A stretch of 63,875 nt of DNA, the filler included, from Octopus bimaculoides (Eukaryota), in NCBI RefSeq assembly GCF_001194135.2. It is 6 parts of 5 records of this genome, joined end to end, with 100 filler letters (N's around TTAATTAATTAA, not from the genome) between each part and the next. Parts side by side here need not be neighbours in the genome. Positions count along the whole stretch, not along the records: positions 20,326 to 47,339 come from NC_068985.1; positions 47,440 to 54,029 come from NC_068993.1; 4 more parts are not named here. One strand, given 5' to 3'. The notes under the pieces are model-generated. The model was not told where the DNA came from. It saw only the letters and a program-made list of their open reading frames with translations, and made no database searches. Below are positions 38,083 to 49,655 of the stretch, piece after piece. Each line of letters starts with the position of its first letter. Position 1 is the first letter of the stretch. The translations under genes and the position numbers were made by a program.

Positions 38083-38226
38083 CATCGTTTAACGTCCGCT
38101 TTCCATGCTGGCATGGGTTGGACGATTTAACTGAGGACTGGTGAAACCGGATGGCAACACCAGGCTCCAATCTAAATTTGGCAGAGTTTCTACAGCTGGA
38201 TGCCCTTCCTAATGCCAACCACTCTG
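38083..38226 (-). mobile_element. Short young copy of the same RTE-like tail
   Basis: atcatcatcgtttaacgtccgctttccatgc...ggatgcccttcctaatgccaaccactc, with CpGs intact. Confidence 0.75.
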
Positions 38227-39018
38227 TTTTGTTTCATTTTGGGGGATTTTTTTTTTTGACTAGTGAAAAACAACATTTCCCTTATTAAAAAAAACACTTG
38301 ACTTTGAATAGATGAATGAGTTCAGTCTTAGCAACTAAACCCATTCATCCTTCCAAAGTTGGTCTTGATCAGGCCAAAGAATTCCACCTATGATTACTAT
38401 CACTATGCAGGTGAGAGAGATTGGTTGGGGGGAGGGGGGAGGGGCTAATGTGCAATCTAGTTTAATAATCTTCTGGTTCTTGGGTGTTCTTAGCCGAGTC
38501 CACTGTATTGCAAATATATAGACCAAACTTCCAGTTTCCTCCTTGCTCATTTTTCCTTTGCAAACCTAAATTTTCAAAATGAGCATCAGATAAAATCCCA
38601 TCTGTCTGAGAGGATTTACAAAAGATAATAGACAGTGCCTCCTTTTCTGGACCTTTTTTTATTTACAGGACCTTTGCAAGCCCTCATAAACCAGCGAGAT
38701 TGATACCATTAGTGTACCTCTTGAACTTCTCTAAGTCATCATCTACTGAGAAAGAAATGAGCAGTGAAGGAATCCCAGAAAGTCAATATTTTGGGAAGGA
38801 AGGATCAGGTCTAATGATTTCTGCAGGGCCTGAAGGGAGGGCTGGACAAAATAGGAGAGATGAGAGGATCAAGAAGGCCAGAGTAAGTAATGCATGAGCC
38901 TAGCCAGATACAAAGAGCAAAGGCCATAATAGGATCAATAGAAAAGGTAGAGATAGGAGAGGAAAGAGATATAGTAAAGAAACAATTAACAAGGGAAAAA
39001 AAGACATAATGAACATAC

Positions 39019-39077
39019 CTTCTTGAATGATTGAATCTGGTAAGCCAGGCCAGCTTTGATGTCAAGCACATGGGCTT
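39019..39077 (-). CDS. KIAA2013: KIAA2013 homolog exon (59 nt): (E)AHVLDIKAGLAYQIQSFKK
   Basis: Acceptor tttttcccacttggacag, donor gtatgt. Phase 1 in, phase 0 out, compatible with both neighbours. Confidence 0.85.
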
Positions 39078-40039
39078 CTGTCCAAGTGGGAAAAAGAAAA
39101 AAAGACATGATAAAATAGCTTGTTAATGGCATAATGATCTTTTTAGGAAGTTAACAGAAAGTATATAGTTTCTACAATTAAACCTTGGGAGAGGCATTAT
39201 GCCGGTAATAAACACATGCACTGGTTCAGTCCTTTATTAATTTATAAACAGTATATAGTTTTTTGTTAAATCATTTCATTGCACTCTTGCAATCTCTTCA
39301 GTAACTTGTCTCTCCACTTCCATTTATTTTGAATGTATGATTTGGCGTAGTTTTGAAACTGTTCGGTATGAGCATGTGAGTGTGTGCAAGCTCGTATGTG
39401 TGCACGCTCATATGTGTGCACGCACTTATGTGTTCGTGCTTATATGTAAGTATGTGCGTCCATATGTGTGTTTGTAACAATTTCGTTTATATCAGATAAG
39501 ATATAGTATCTAAATAAAAGGAAATATCTTGCCCAACTCTTGGCCATCCCTGAAGCATCAGCAATGCATGAAAAATATCAATGTCTATGGTAAGAAATTT
39601 GAAACAATTCAAAGATTCAGCTACCTGGTAGCTTATTTATACCTTAAAAGAAATTGCTTATAATACTCTTGGAAGTAGAATTGAGAGAACATTATATAAA
39701 AGGTACTGAAATATTTATTCTTCTTAATCCAACCACAGTCAAAATTAACATTCATCTTCTTGTTGGGGTTGATAAATAAAGTACCAACTCAGTACTAGGA
39801 TGCAGTCATTTCTCCCTTTGGCTGTCATCTATTGGATATTCTGTTGGATCAAGAATGAGAAGACCAAAAGAGTGTCCATGTTAGCTCTTAACTACAAGAT
39901 ACCTAAAATAATTAGAGAAAGCATAGTACATGCTACCAAGTCATACACAACTGCAAGTGATGGCGATAGTTCAAATAGAATATATTTTGGTAGCAAATAA
40001 GACTATTTTAGCTTAGTGCATCCCTAGAAAGGAGATACA

Positions 40040-40420
40040 AATTACCAAACTGCTCGAGAATGCACCAACTCTGGATGCACCACTGATACAGCTTTGCTAC
40101 TGCCATCTGTACGAGTTCCACTTGAGAATGCTTCCTGATGATGATAGCAGAGCTACATTGGTCAAACAAGGAGATACCATCTCACCAAAGTTTTTCATCA
40201 GATGCCTAGAAATGGTCATCAGGGACACTGACTAAAGAGGTGGTGTGAACATCAATGGTAAGCTACCAACACACCTCCGATTCAAAGATATCATACTCAT
40301 CATCAAAAGCCACAAACCATGCTGACAGATTTGGGCATATATTGTTCAGCCATAGGCCTTCAAATAAACTACATGAAAATGGAGCAGAAACAGTAGCATC
40401 AATACATGTGGTGATGATAC
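40040..40420 (+). mobile_element. Decayed RTE-type reverse transcriptase fragment
   Basis: VKQGDTISPKFFIRCLEMVI...GGVNINGKLPTHLRFKDIILI resembles the RT motifs QGDxISPxLF and LRFADD. Confidence 0.7.
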
Positions 40421-40805
40421 AATCAAAGAGAACACTACCAAAGCAAGAGATGAGTGACACTTGTAGGTGGGAAGTCTTGATGGCCAAAAGTTTGCTGATG
40501 TATTGAGCAACAACATTGCTTTCACTAAGCCTCTAAAGTAGAGGCTAATGCAAGAAATGAGGGATGAGTGATACCTATAGGTGGGAAGTTTTCATAGGAG
40601 ATTTGCATGCCAGATATACCCAAAAGTTTGCTGATGTGATAAACAACAACATTGCTTTTACCAAACCTCTAAAACAGAGCCCAGTGGTGAGTGACATAAG
40701 AGAGTAGATCTCCAAAGGAACAAGTTCTTCAGAAGCCACAATTACGGCTACTGATGAGACAGAAATAGTATTTTTAATGGGGTTCTCCATCCTACTTTAT
40801 CTTAA

Positions 40806-41018
40806 TCCTTTAGCATCCAAACCGGCCTTATCCAGCCAAACTATTTAACCTGTTTCATGTTGAAACTGGCCAGATCCAGCCTCTCACCTCAATCTTACAA
40901 TGTCATTCTAAAACTAAGTCATTATTGCTGAAATATCAGAGCTATGAGATAATGCAGGATTAATTCAAAACAATATAAATAAACAAACATATTTGACAGA
41001 GTAATCTGAATACTAGAG
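40806..41018. mobile_element. piggyBac-like MITE, same family in opposite orientation to 27573
   Basis: TTAA|tcctttagcat...ctgaatactagag|TTAA; internal similarity to the other two copies. Confidence 0.65.
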
Positions 41019-41256
41019 TTAAAGATGTTAAAGGTGACAGCAATAGGATAATAGTTTGCTGGGTCAGAGGGGATGCCTTTCTTTGGAATGGGATAGTTTT
41101 TGGAGTGGATGGGATTCTGTAGGCACTGTTAGTAATGTTAATTGTGGTGACAAAGGCAATGGTTATGATTCAAACCATAACTAGTATGAGAAACTAGAGA
41201 ATGGGAACTGAAATTTGAAAAAAAAAGGATGAGTTAAAAGAAATTAAATTCACAAA

Positions 41257-41292
<36 letters not shown>

Positions 41293-41300
41293 TCATTTAC

Positions 41301-41429
41301 CTTTTGATTCATGTCCCCTGACATTGGTTTCTACTATTGGGTAGAAATGAACAGGTAATGATAAAGCTCTGTTTGTACGAATATATAACCCCTTTTGGGT
41401 TTTAAATGCTGCTGCTACCTTGCCATTAC
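41301..41429 (-). CDS. KIAA2013: KIAA2013 homolog exon (129 nt): (G)NGKVAAAFKTQKGLYIRTNRALSLPVHFYPIVETNVRGHESK(E)
   Basis: Acceptor tctcttttttctag, donor gtaaat. Lies within ORF 41293..41478 and completes the PYV-GNG motif. Confidence 0.9.
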
Positions 41430-43301
41430 CTAGAAAAAAGAGAAATATTACAATCATCATTATCATCAAAATCACCATACTCTACAATTCAATGTATAAG
41501 ACTGAATAAAAAATATATATAAATATCTCCTAAAAGGAGAGAATTTTAAGGATGAGTGCTTAGCTCTACTTCCATGGTTAAGCAGATGAGATTATTCACA
41601 CATACACTCTCCACCTCCTACTAAGACAAGACACTGGTCTATCACAGGTAACATTCCCACATGATCAGGATACCTGTACCTGACAGCTAGGTAAACTGAG
41701 GCAACAGAGAATAAACTAATATACCCAGAAATATAATCAAATGCCTCCAGTAGAATTGAATACATGACTGAGAAGCAAGCAGATAGTCAAATATTCTATT
41801 AAATGGAAGATAGAATGTACCACATCAAGGTACAGATGTGGCTGTGTGACAACAAAAAGTTAGCTTCATAACCACATGGCTTCAGGATCTATCCTACATT
41901 GGTCTATACATAAAATCACATGGCTGTAAAGAGAGCTTTGTAATCACAAAGTTATGTCTGTGCTTGTTCTCTAAATCATTGCGTAAATAGAAACACATAA
42001 TTTTCCAATAGGTCAAAGAAGTTTCTGGTCATGATGTATCAACTAAATCTATGATAAATTCAGTTCATCATGAAAGCAGTTTCGTACATTAAAATACATG
42101 ACATCATGTCAACAGCAAGAACACTATTGTCTCTCAGTCATTGAAACATCAAAGTATGCCATGCTTACACTGGTACATACTATCAGCGTTGATTAGTTCA
42201 CTTATTAGCTAAATCAAATACTCGACTTTCAGATCAGATGGTATTTAACATTTCTTCAAACAGACCAGATAGAGAACAAGCAAACTGGTGTATGCTGGTT
42301 CATACAGACAGCTTAACAAGACAGGTATGCAAAATGACATACAGGCAGACTGATATTCAGGCACACAGACATATCGCTGTAAACAAACAGACACACAGAT
42401 ATTTTAATTTGCCAAAGCATCCAACCCAGTTTTGATATATGCGCAACAACAAATGTTGTAGAAATCAATATTTTATATAATACAAAATGCACTGATTTTT
42501 ACATGTATTGCAATTTACAAAATTATACACTTTGTATTAATTTTTACCTTAATTGGTTTTTACATGCTAGCTACTTGATAAAATCCTATATAGATTTTAT
42601 CCTTGATTTTAATTTTTATATATATATATATATATATATNNNNNNNNNNNNNNNNNNNNNNNNNNNNNNNNNNNNNNNNNNNNNNNNNNNNNNNNNNNNN
42701 NNNNNNNNNNNNNNNNNNNNNNNNNNNNNNNNNNNNNNNNNNNNNNNNNNNNNNNNNNNNNNNNNNNNNNNNNNNNNNNNNNNNNNNNNNNNNNNNNNNN
42801 NNNNNNNNNNNNNNNNNNNNNNNNNNNNNNNNNNNNNNNNNNNNNNNNNNNNNNNNNNNNNNNNNNNNNNNNNNNNNNNNNNNNNNNNNNNNNNNNNNNN
42901 NNNNNNNNNNNNNNNNNNNNNNNNNNNNNNNNNNNNNNNNNNNNNNNNNNNNNNNNNNNNNNNNNNNNNNNGTATATATATATATATATATATATATGAA
43001 TAAAAATAAAAAAATAAAAAAGGGGGTTTGTATGATCGTGTATAGAGGAATATATTATTTAAAAGAGTTCCAACTGTCTGTTTTTTATGCTTTATTTATA
43101 TTCTTATAAAATTAATGTGGGATATAGAATATGGAATATATAATATAAATAGTAAAATGAAATGAAGTATTGAATGTCTTATTGAATATATGAATTATTG
43201 AGTATTAAATATATAAAATATATAAGGGCTAGTATACTTTCCTGCTTTATAGCAGTCATCAAGGTCCCGTCTGACATATATATATATATATACACACACA
43301 T

Positions 43302-43336
<35 letters not shown>

Positions 43337-43427
43337 ACTATACACATGCATATATATATACACACACACACATATACACATGCACACACACACACACACA
43401 TATCTATATATTTATATATGTATATAC

Positions 43428-43866
43428 TGACCGAGACCTTTGGAAATGTGCTGTGCGTGAGAAGACCCGGCAAGCCAAGTAAGATCGTTGCCAGTGCCCC
43501 TGGACTGGTTCTTGTGCGGGTGGCACATGAGATGCACCATTTTGAGCGTGGCCGTTGCCAGTACCGCCTGACTGGCTCCCGTCGGATTTTCGAGCGAGAT
43601 CGTTGCCAGTGCCCCTGGACTGGCTTGTGCGGGTGGCACATAAAAGACACCATTTCGAGCGTGGCCGTTTTCGTGCGGGTGACACGTAAAAGCACCCACT
43701 ACACTCTCTGAGTGGTTGGCGTTAGGAAGGGCATCCAGCTGTAGAAACTCTGCCAAATTAGATTGGAGCCTGGTGTTGCCATCCGGTTTCACCAGTCCTC
43801 AGTCAAATCGTCCAACCCATGCTAGCATGGAAAGCGGACGTTAAACGATGATGATGATGATGATGC
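43428..43866 (+). mobile_element. Young 5'-truncated RTE-like LINE 3' end with a tandemly repeated 3' UTR and (GAT)n tail
   Basis: ORF end DRDLWKCAVREKTRQAK*, repeated cgttgccagt...gtgcgggtggcaca units, then ggaagggcatccagctgtag...gttaaac(gat)n; CpGs retained. Confidence 0.7.
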
Positions 43867-44308
43867 TGATATATTCATTATCATTTTACATCCACTTTCC
43901 ATGGTGGCATGAGATAGCACGGCTCATGTCAATGGTTATTTAACATTGTTGACCTGTACCCACCTAGACAAGTTGGCAGGCCATGTTTAGCCTGTGCATT
44001 TCAGTTTTGGTTTGGTTTCTATAGCTGGATGCCCTTCCTTACACCAACCACTTTACTGAGTACACGAGGTGTTTTTTATGTGGCACTGGCACGAACAAGG
44101 TCACCAAGTTACTTGCAAGACAAAACCTGTTGACTGAGAGTGGAGGAGTAGGTGGCTTGCTGCAGGAGATATATATAGCCATCCTAGTTGGGTAAGAGAG
44201 AGAAGATGGTGGTGAAGATGCCTCAAGGTATACCCCCTCAAGTATGTCTGCAAGAGTGTGTAATGAGAGTGGCAGGTGGATAGAGATGAAGACAAAAAAA
44301 TTATTTAA

Positions 44309-44702
44309 CCCTTTGGTATTTAATCCATCCATATTCAGCCCAAATATTCTACCTGCTTTATGTTAAAATGACCAGATCCAACCTCTCACACCGACCCTAC
44401 AATATCATTCTGCCAATATACAAACACACCATTTTGAAGCTACAGTGGGGTGCTGTGGGTAATAGAAAATACAGAAAGATCAATTAATTACGATTTTATT
44501 CACCATATTCCACTCTCAGATTCACACACTTATTGCAGCAGTCCTTCAGTTTTTCTAAGCCCTGTAAAAGAACTCAGAAGGTTGGGCCTTCAACCAGGCC
44601 TTTCACAATACCTTTAAAGCCAGGAACTTTTCAGCACCCACTCATACAAAATGTGTGATTAATTCAAAGCAATGTGAATAAATAAACCTGAATGCTAAAC
44701 GG
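44309..44702. mobile_element. piggyBac-like (TTAA-flanked, CCCT-ended) MITE with a nested mariner-like MITE at 44443-44644
   Basis: TTAA|CCCTTT...AATGCTAAACGG|TTAA. The nested element is flanked by TA, and the outer element matches uninterrupted copies at 27573 and 40806. Confidence 0.7.
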
Positions 44703-45940
44703 TTAAATAAAATGAATTAAAGTATTTTGTTGTTTAGTCCAAGTCAAACTAACCTGTGTTCAAATGGATTCCAGCCATGACCATCCTGGCATTTTCTGGA
44801 GGAGAATAGTCTATCTAAAACTACAATATCCAATGTGTCTTTCCACTTTTCTTTTTCGGATGATAGGGTGCAATTTTAGAGAGACGTGTCTGACCAGTAG
44901 CTAAACAACAATATCACTGACCGGAGTCAATGACGAAATTTATACATGGTCTCCCAGTTTACCCCACCCCAAAAAAAAATTATCATCATCATCAGTTTAA
45001 CATCCATTTTTCCATGCCTGCATGAGTTGGACAGAATTTTGTTGAGGTGAATTTTCTATGGCCAGGTGCTTTTCCTATTGCCAACCCTCTCCTGTTTCCA
45101 AGCAAGGTAATATTTCCCTATGACCAGACATCATGTGATGTCAAAGCAAGAAGACACTAACATTCACAAGACACTGGTCAACCTGGGGTTATAGTAAAGA
45201 CACTTGCCCAAGGTGCTACAGTGGGACTGAACCCAGAAACATATGGTTGAGAAGCAAGCTTCTCACCACACAGCCACCAAATCACAATTTTCTGTCTTAT
45301 AGCAGAGAAGAAACACTGGATAATATAATCATAGCTAAGTATCTGATACAAAAACAAAATGGCTGATCATAAGGTTCTCAAACAGGAATAACCTGAGACT
45401 AAACAATAATATTTCACTTTTATCATCATCATTTACATCTGTTTTTCCATGCTGGCATGGGTGGAACAGTTTGACAGAAGCTAACCAGGTGAAGGCCATT
45501 CAGGCTCCATGTCTGTTTTGGCATGGTTTTTAAGGATGGATGCCCTTCTCAATACCAACCATTTTACAGAGTTTACTCGGTGCTTTTACACAGCACCAGT
45601 ACAGGTGCTTTTTAAGTGGCACCAACACTTGTGAGATTAGGGATGCTCAGCTGCAGAGGATTGCAAGGGACCACAAAATACAACTTTGTTCATCATCATC
45701 ATTTTCAACATCCCATTTCCATGCTCACATGGGTCAGACAGTATTTGGTGATGCAGATTTTCTACAACCAGATTCCCTTCCTGTCGCCAACACTCACCTG
45801 TTTCCAAGTAAGGCAATATAGGTAATATTTCCTGATGACCAGACATCTTTTCATAGAATATTGGAAATCAAGGATGCTGCATGCATGACAGTCACACTAG
45901 TTAGCATCATGTGATGTCAAGGCATGGAGACAGTAACATG

Positions 45941-46091
45941 CACATGGCTGGGTGGTAAGAAGCTTGCTTCATAACTACATGGTTCTGGGTTCAGTCCCAC
46001 TGCATGGCACCTTGGGCAAGTGTCTTCTAATATAGCCGCAGGACAACTAAAGCTTTGTAAGTGGATTTGGTAGCTGGAAACTGAAAGAAGC

Positions 46092-46147
<56 letters not shown>

Positions 46148-46564
46148 TACATTTATGTGTGTCTTTATATGTGTTTGTCCCCCCACCATCATTTAACAAC
46201 CGATGTTGATGTGTTTACAGCCCTGTTACCTAGTGGTTCAGCAAAAGAAACCAATAGAATAAGCACTTGGCTTATAAAGAATAAGTCCTGGGGTCAATTT
46301 TTTCAACTAAAACCCTTTAAAGTGGTGCTCCAGCATGGTCACAGTCAAATGACTGAAACATGTAAAAGAATAAAACAATTTGCACGCGCGCACGCACACA
46401 TAACAAGCTTCTTTCAGTTTCCGTCTGTCAAATCCACGCACAAGACTTTGGTCAGTGCAGGGCTATAGAAGACAACACTTGCCTCAGGTGCCATGCAGTA
46501 GGGCTGAACCTGAAACCCATGTGATTGGGAAGCCATCTTCTTATCACACACCCATGCCTGTGCA
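45941..46564. mobile_element. Two SINE family A copies tail to tail (45941-46376 plus; 46407-46564 minus), CpG-decayed
   Basis: Same motifs with CG-to-TG/CA changes (tgcatggcac; gaagcccatc). Confidence 0.75.
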
Positions 46565-46641
46565 TGTAAAAAAAAAAAAAAAAGACAAAGCAAATAAATC
46601 ATAAAAGAGACAAGTTTAAATCAGAAGAGAGTGTGACTTAC

Positions 46642-46761
46642 CAACATAAGGCAAATAGGTCTCACTATCAACTGGCTCTGGAAGGATAACAATTGCATCA
46701 TCGGATTCTATAGAATGCTGGAATATGGAAAGTTTCTCCTCAATACAACCAGATATGGAAT
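46642..46761 (-). CDS. KIAA2013: KIAA2013/DUF2152 homolog, first exon found (internal; 120 nt, phase 1/1): (x)SISGCIEEKLSIFQHSIESDDAIVILPEPVDSETYLPYV(G)
   Basis: Acceptor tttttatttag, donor gtaagt, open frame. CxEEKL...PYVG matches the N-terminal lumenal part of KIAA2013 proteins, and the phase joins the next exon. Confidence 0.88.
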
Positions 46762-47277
46762 CTAAATAAAAAGTACAAAATAAAAGAAATTACAAATATT
46801 ACAAAAATGAAAATAAATAGAATACAGGTATCGTTCACAATAAAAATGGTGGATTTTCACACTGTTATTTTGATGAAAGTAGGACACCTAACTAGGGTGA
46901 CACTGATATTTTATGTTTACTCTTCCATGCTGGCATGTGTTAGATAAAATTTCATATAATTTCTAGCACAAGTCTATTTGTGCATAAAATATTAACACAC
47001 ATACATATATCACTGATTACAGCACATAACTGATCAATATGGTATTGTTGGTTTTATGCCAACTGTTGCATATACTGATGACTTTTCAGACATGTTGTCT
47101 GGTAGTACCATGTCTGACGAGTTGTCAGTATTGCCTGATACAACAGTCAACACAAAACAGATGGCAACATTCCAACCAGTTATAAAACATGACCAGTAAT
47201 ATACTGCTCAATGAGATATAAAAATACAACAGCTCTATTATTTATATTGAGTGTGGACAGCTACTCAAGAATGTATG

Positions 47278-47339
<62 letters not shown>

Positions 47340-47439
47340 NNNNNNNNNNNNNNNNNNNNNNNNNNNNNNNNNNNNNNNNNNNNTTAATTAATTAANNNNN
47401 NNNNNNNNNNNNNNNNNNNNNNNNNNNNNNNNNNNNNNN
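47340..47439. other. Artificial scaffold spacer closing the KIAA2013-bearing block
   Basis: Same 44 N / TTAATTAATTAA / 44 N structure. Confidence 0.97.
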
Positions 47440-47839
47440 ATATATATATATATATTTATATGTATATTATGTGTGTGTGTGTGTAGGTATATGTTTATAT
47501 ATATTTATGTTAGTATGCATATTTATATATATGTTTGCGTGTGTCTGTCAGCTATCGATATGTGTTTGTATATTTAATGTACGTACGTAATCTTCAACGT
47601 ACGTATCTCAGTTAACCGAGAATCGCGTTATTTTTCACTTATAGCTTTCAATAAAAATTTCAAGACTAATCTTATTAATTGGAGCTATGACAATGATGTG
47701 AAATGAAAGCATCGAGAATAATATATCACACAATGCAAATACGCATGTATTACTTTTTATCCGGGACATATAGCGTTTCGGTCGTTAGGTTAGTAGGCGT
47801 GTACATCAGCCGATATACAAAATACCTTTACGATGGTAT

Positions 47840-47883
<44 letters not shown>

Positions 47884-48208
47884 ATATAGTGACATGTAGT
47901 TAGAAGTTTGTTATATTAAAAAAAAATAATGGGTGAAAAAGTTCAACAACATTGAAAATTACGGTGATTTTTTAAGACAAATTACGTAGACAAAATCAAG
48001 TGTCATATTACGTTCAAATTTCTTACAACTTTGTAACTTACATCACCGGTTTCATTCATGATTGTGTGGATTTATCAAGTGAAAATAGTTATAGTATTCA
48101 CAATATACAATATTGAAGCCTTTGTAGCTGGACCGAGAACCTGGCTATGAGCTTACGAGGCGATCTATCTATCTATCTTTCTATCTATCTATCTATCTCA
48201 TCAAAGCA

Positions 48209-48357
48209 GAAAAATTTTCACCAGCAGTTACTCAGAATTTCAAGTAACTTTTCATCAGCAGTCTCTTGTTATAATATTGAAACAAATTCAGTTCCACCGC
48301 AGTTGTCTAATGAACAGTTACGTGTAACTATGAGTAACAGCTGGTGAAAGTTTTTTC
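48209..48357. repeat. Imperfect inverted repeat (about 50-bp arms, about 45-nt spacer); possible MITE or foldback
   Basis: gaaaaattttcaccagcagttactcagaatttcaagtaacttttcat pairs with atgaacagttacgtgtaactatgagtaacagctggtgaaagttttttc. Confidence 0.7.
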
Positions 48358-49176
48358 AACTTTAATGAAATAGAAAATTACTCTATGATTGGTTTCGAGT
48401 AATACTCTTTCTACCTTGTATACTTGTGTTTATATATATGTTATTACAAATTTAGGATATTTATCAATAGATAAGCAACTCCTATTTCAGGATAACCTCA
48501 TGGTATGGTATACGTAAAGAAAATTACATCAAATAAAATAATTAAAATAACATAAAATAAAATTAGCTAAATAAATATATCTTTCCTGTTATTAATCTGT
48601 GGGGAAAGAATGTAGTACAAGTAATTGCTACACGTATTTCTGCACTAGTGGGGGGTGTATTAAGGCTATACTGAATACATAAATCCACCAGTGCGTCCTT
48701 AAGCTATGTATATTATTATTATCAACGGGTAAAGGTTAAAAATTAAAATTTAAAAATCATATTAAAAATAAAAATTACAAATATATTTTAAAATATTAAA
48801 TACCTAAAGTATAATTGAGATATATATTGAAAATGCTCCACCTAAGGAAATTATTAACGATTAGAAACCTATCAAATCTTATAATTTATCTAAATAAATA
48901 TAAGAGAAATTAATAATTTAGTGTAAAATATACTCCTGTCAATACTAGTATAATAAAACATATTTTATATCAGATGTGAGTTAATAGTCTGGAATAAAGA
49001 TTAATTAGTAAATACAACTACTTACGTGAGAGAGTTAGTGAATAAAAGAAGTAAAAAACAAGTTAAAATGGTAGATTACTTTACGACATAACGTTTAATC
49101 TTGCCATTTCAAGTGCAAATGGCCGCTCTCACTGTTAGACGTTAAGTATTATGAGAATTGGGTATAAATATATAAA

Positions 49177-49209
<33 letters not shown>

Positions 49210-49244
49210 ATATATGTGAATATAAATATTTGTGTGTGTCTGTC

Positions 49245-49276
<32 letters not shown>

Positions 49277-49278
<2 letters not shown>

Positions 49279-49655
49279 GAAGCGCAATGTCCCAGTGGTT
49301 AGGGAAGCGGACTCGCGGTCATAGGATCGTGGTTTCAATTCCCAAAACAGGCGTTGTGAATGTTTATTGAGCGAAAACACCTAAAGCTCCTGGAGGCTCC
49401 GGCAGGAGGTGGTAGCGAACCCTGATGTACTCTTTCACTACAACTTTCTCTCGCTCTTCCTGTTTCTGATATACCTGTATTTCACAGGGGCCAACCTTGT
49501 AACATACCGTGTCACGCTGAATCTCCCCGAGAACTATGTTAAGGATACTCGTGTCTGTGAAGTGCTCAGCCACTTCCACGTTAATTTCACGAGCAGGCTG
49601 TTCCGTTGATTGGTTCAACTGAAACCCTTGTCGTCGCAACCGACGGAGGGCCACA
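49277..49655 (+). mobile_element. tRNA-derived SINE sharing its 3' domain with family C
   Basis: Head ggaagcgcaatgtcccagtggttaggg...gtttcaattccc; tacctgtatttca..gggcca.ccttgt.aca...gtgtcacg.tgaat domain shared with 11210-11280. Confidence 0.7.

Noticed and set aside
43480-43700. Regularly spaced repeats that might suggest a CRISPR-like array
   Set aside because: No unique spacers; the units are internal repeats of a LINE 3' UTR in eukaryotic DNA.
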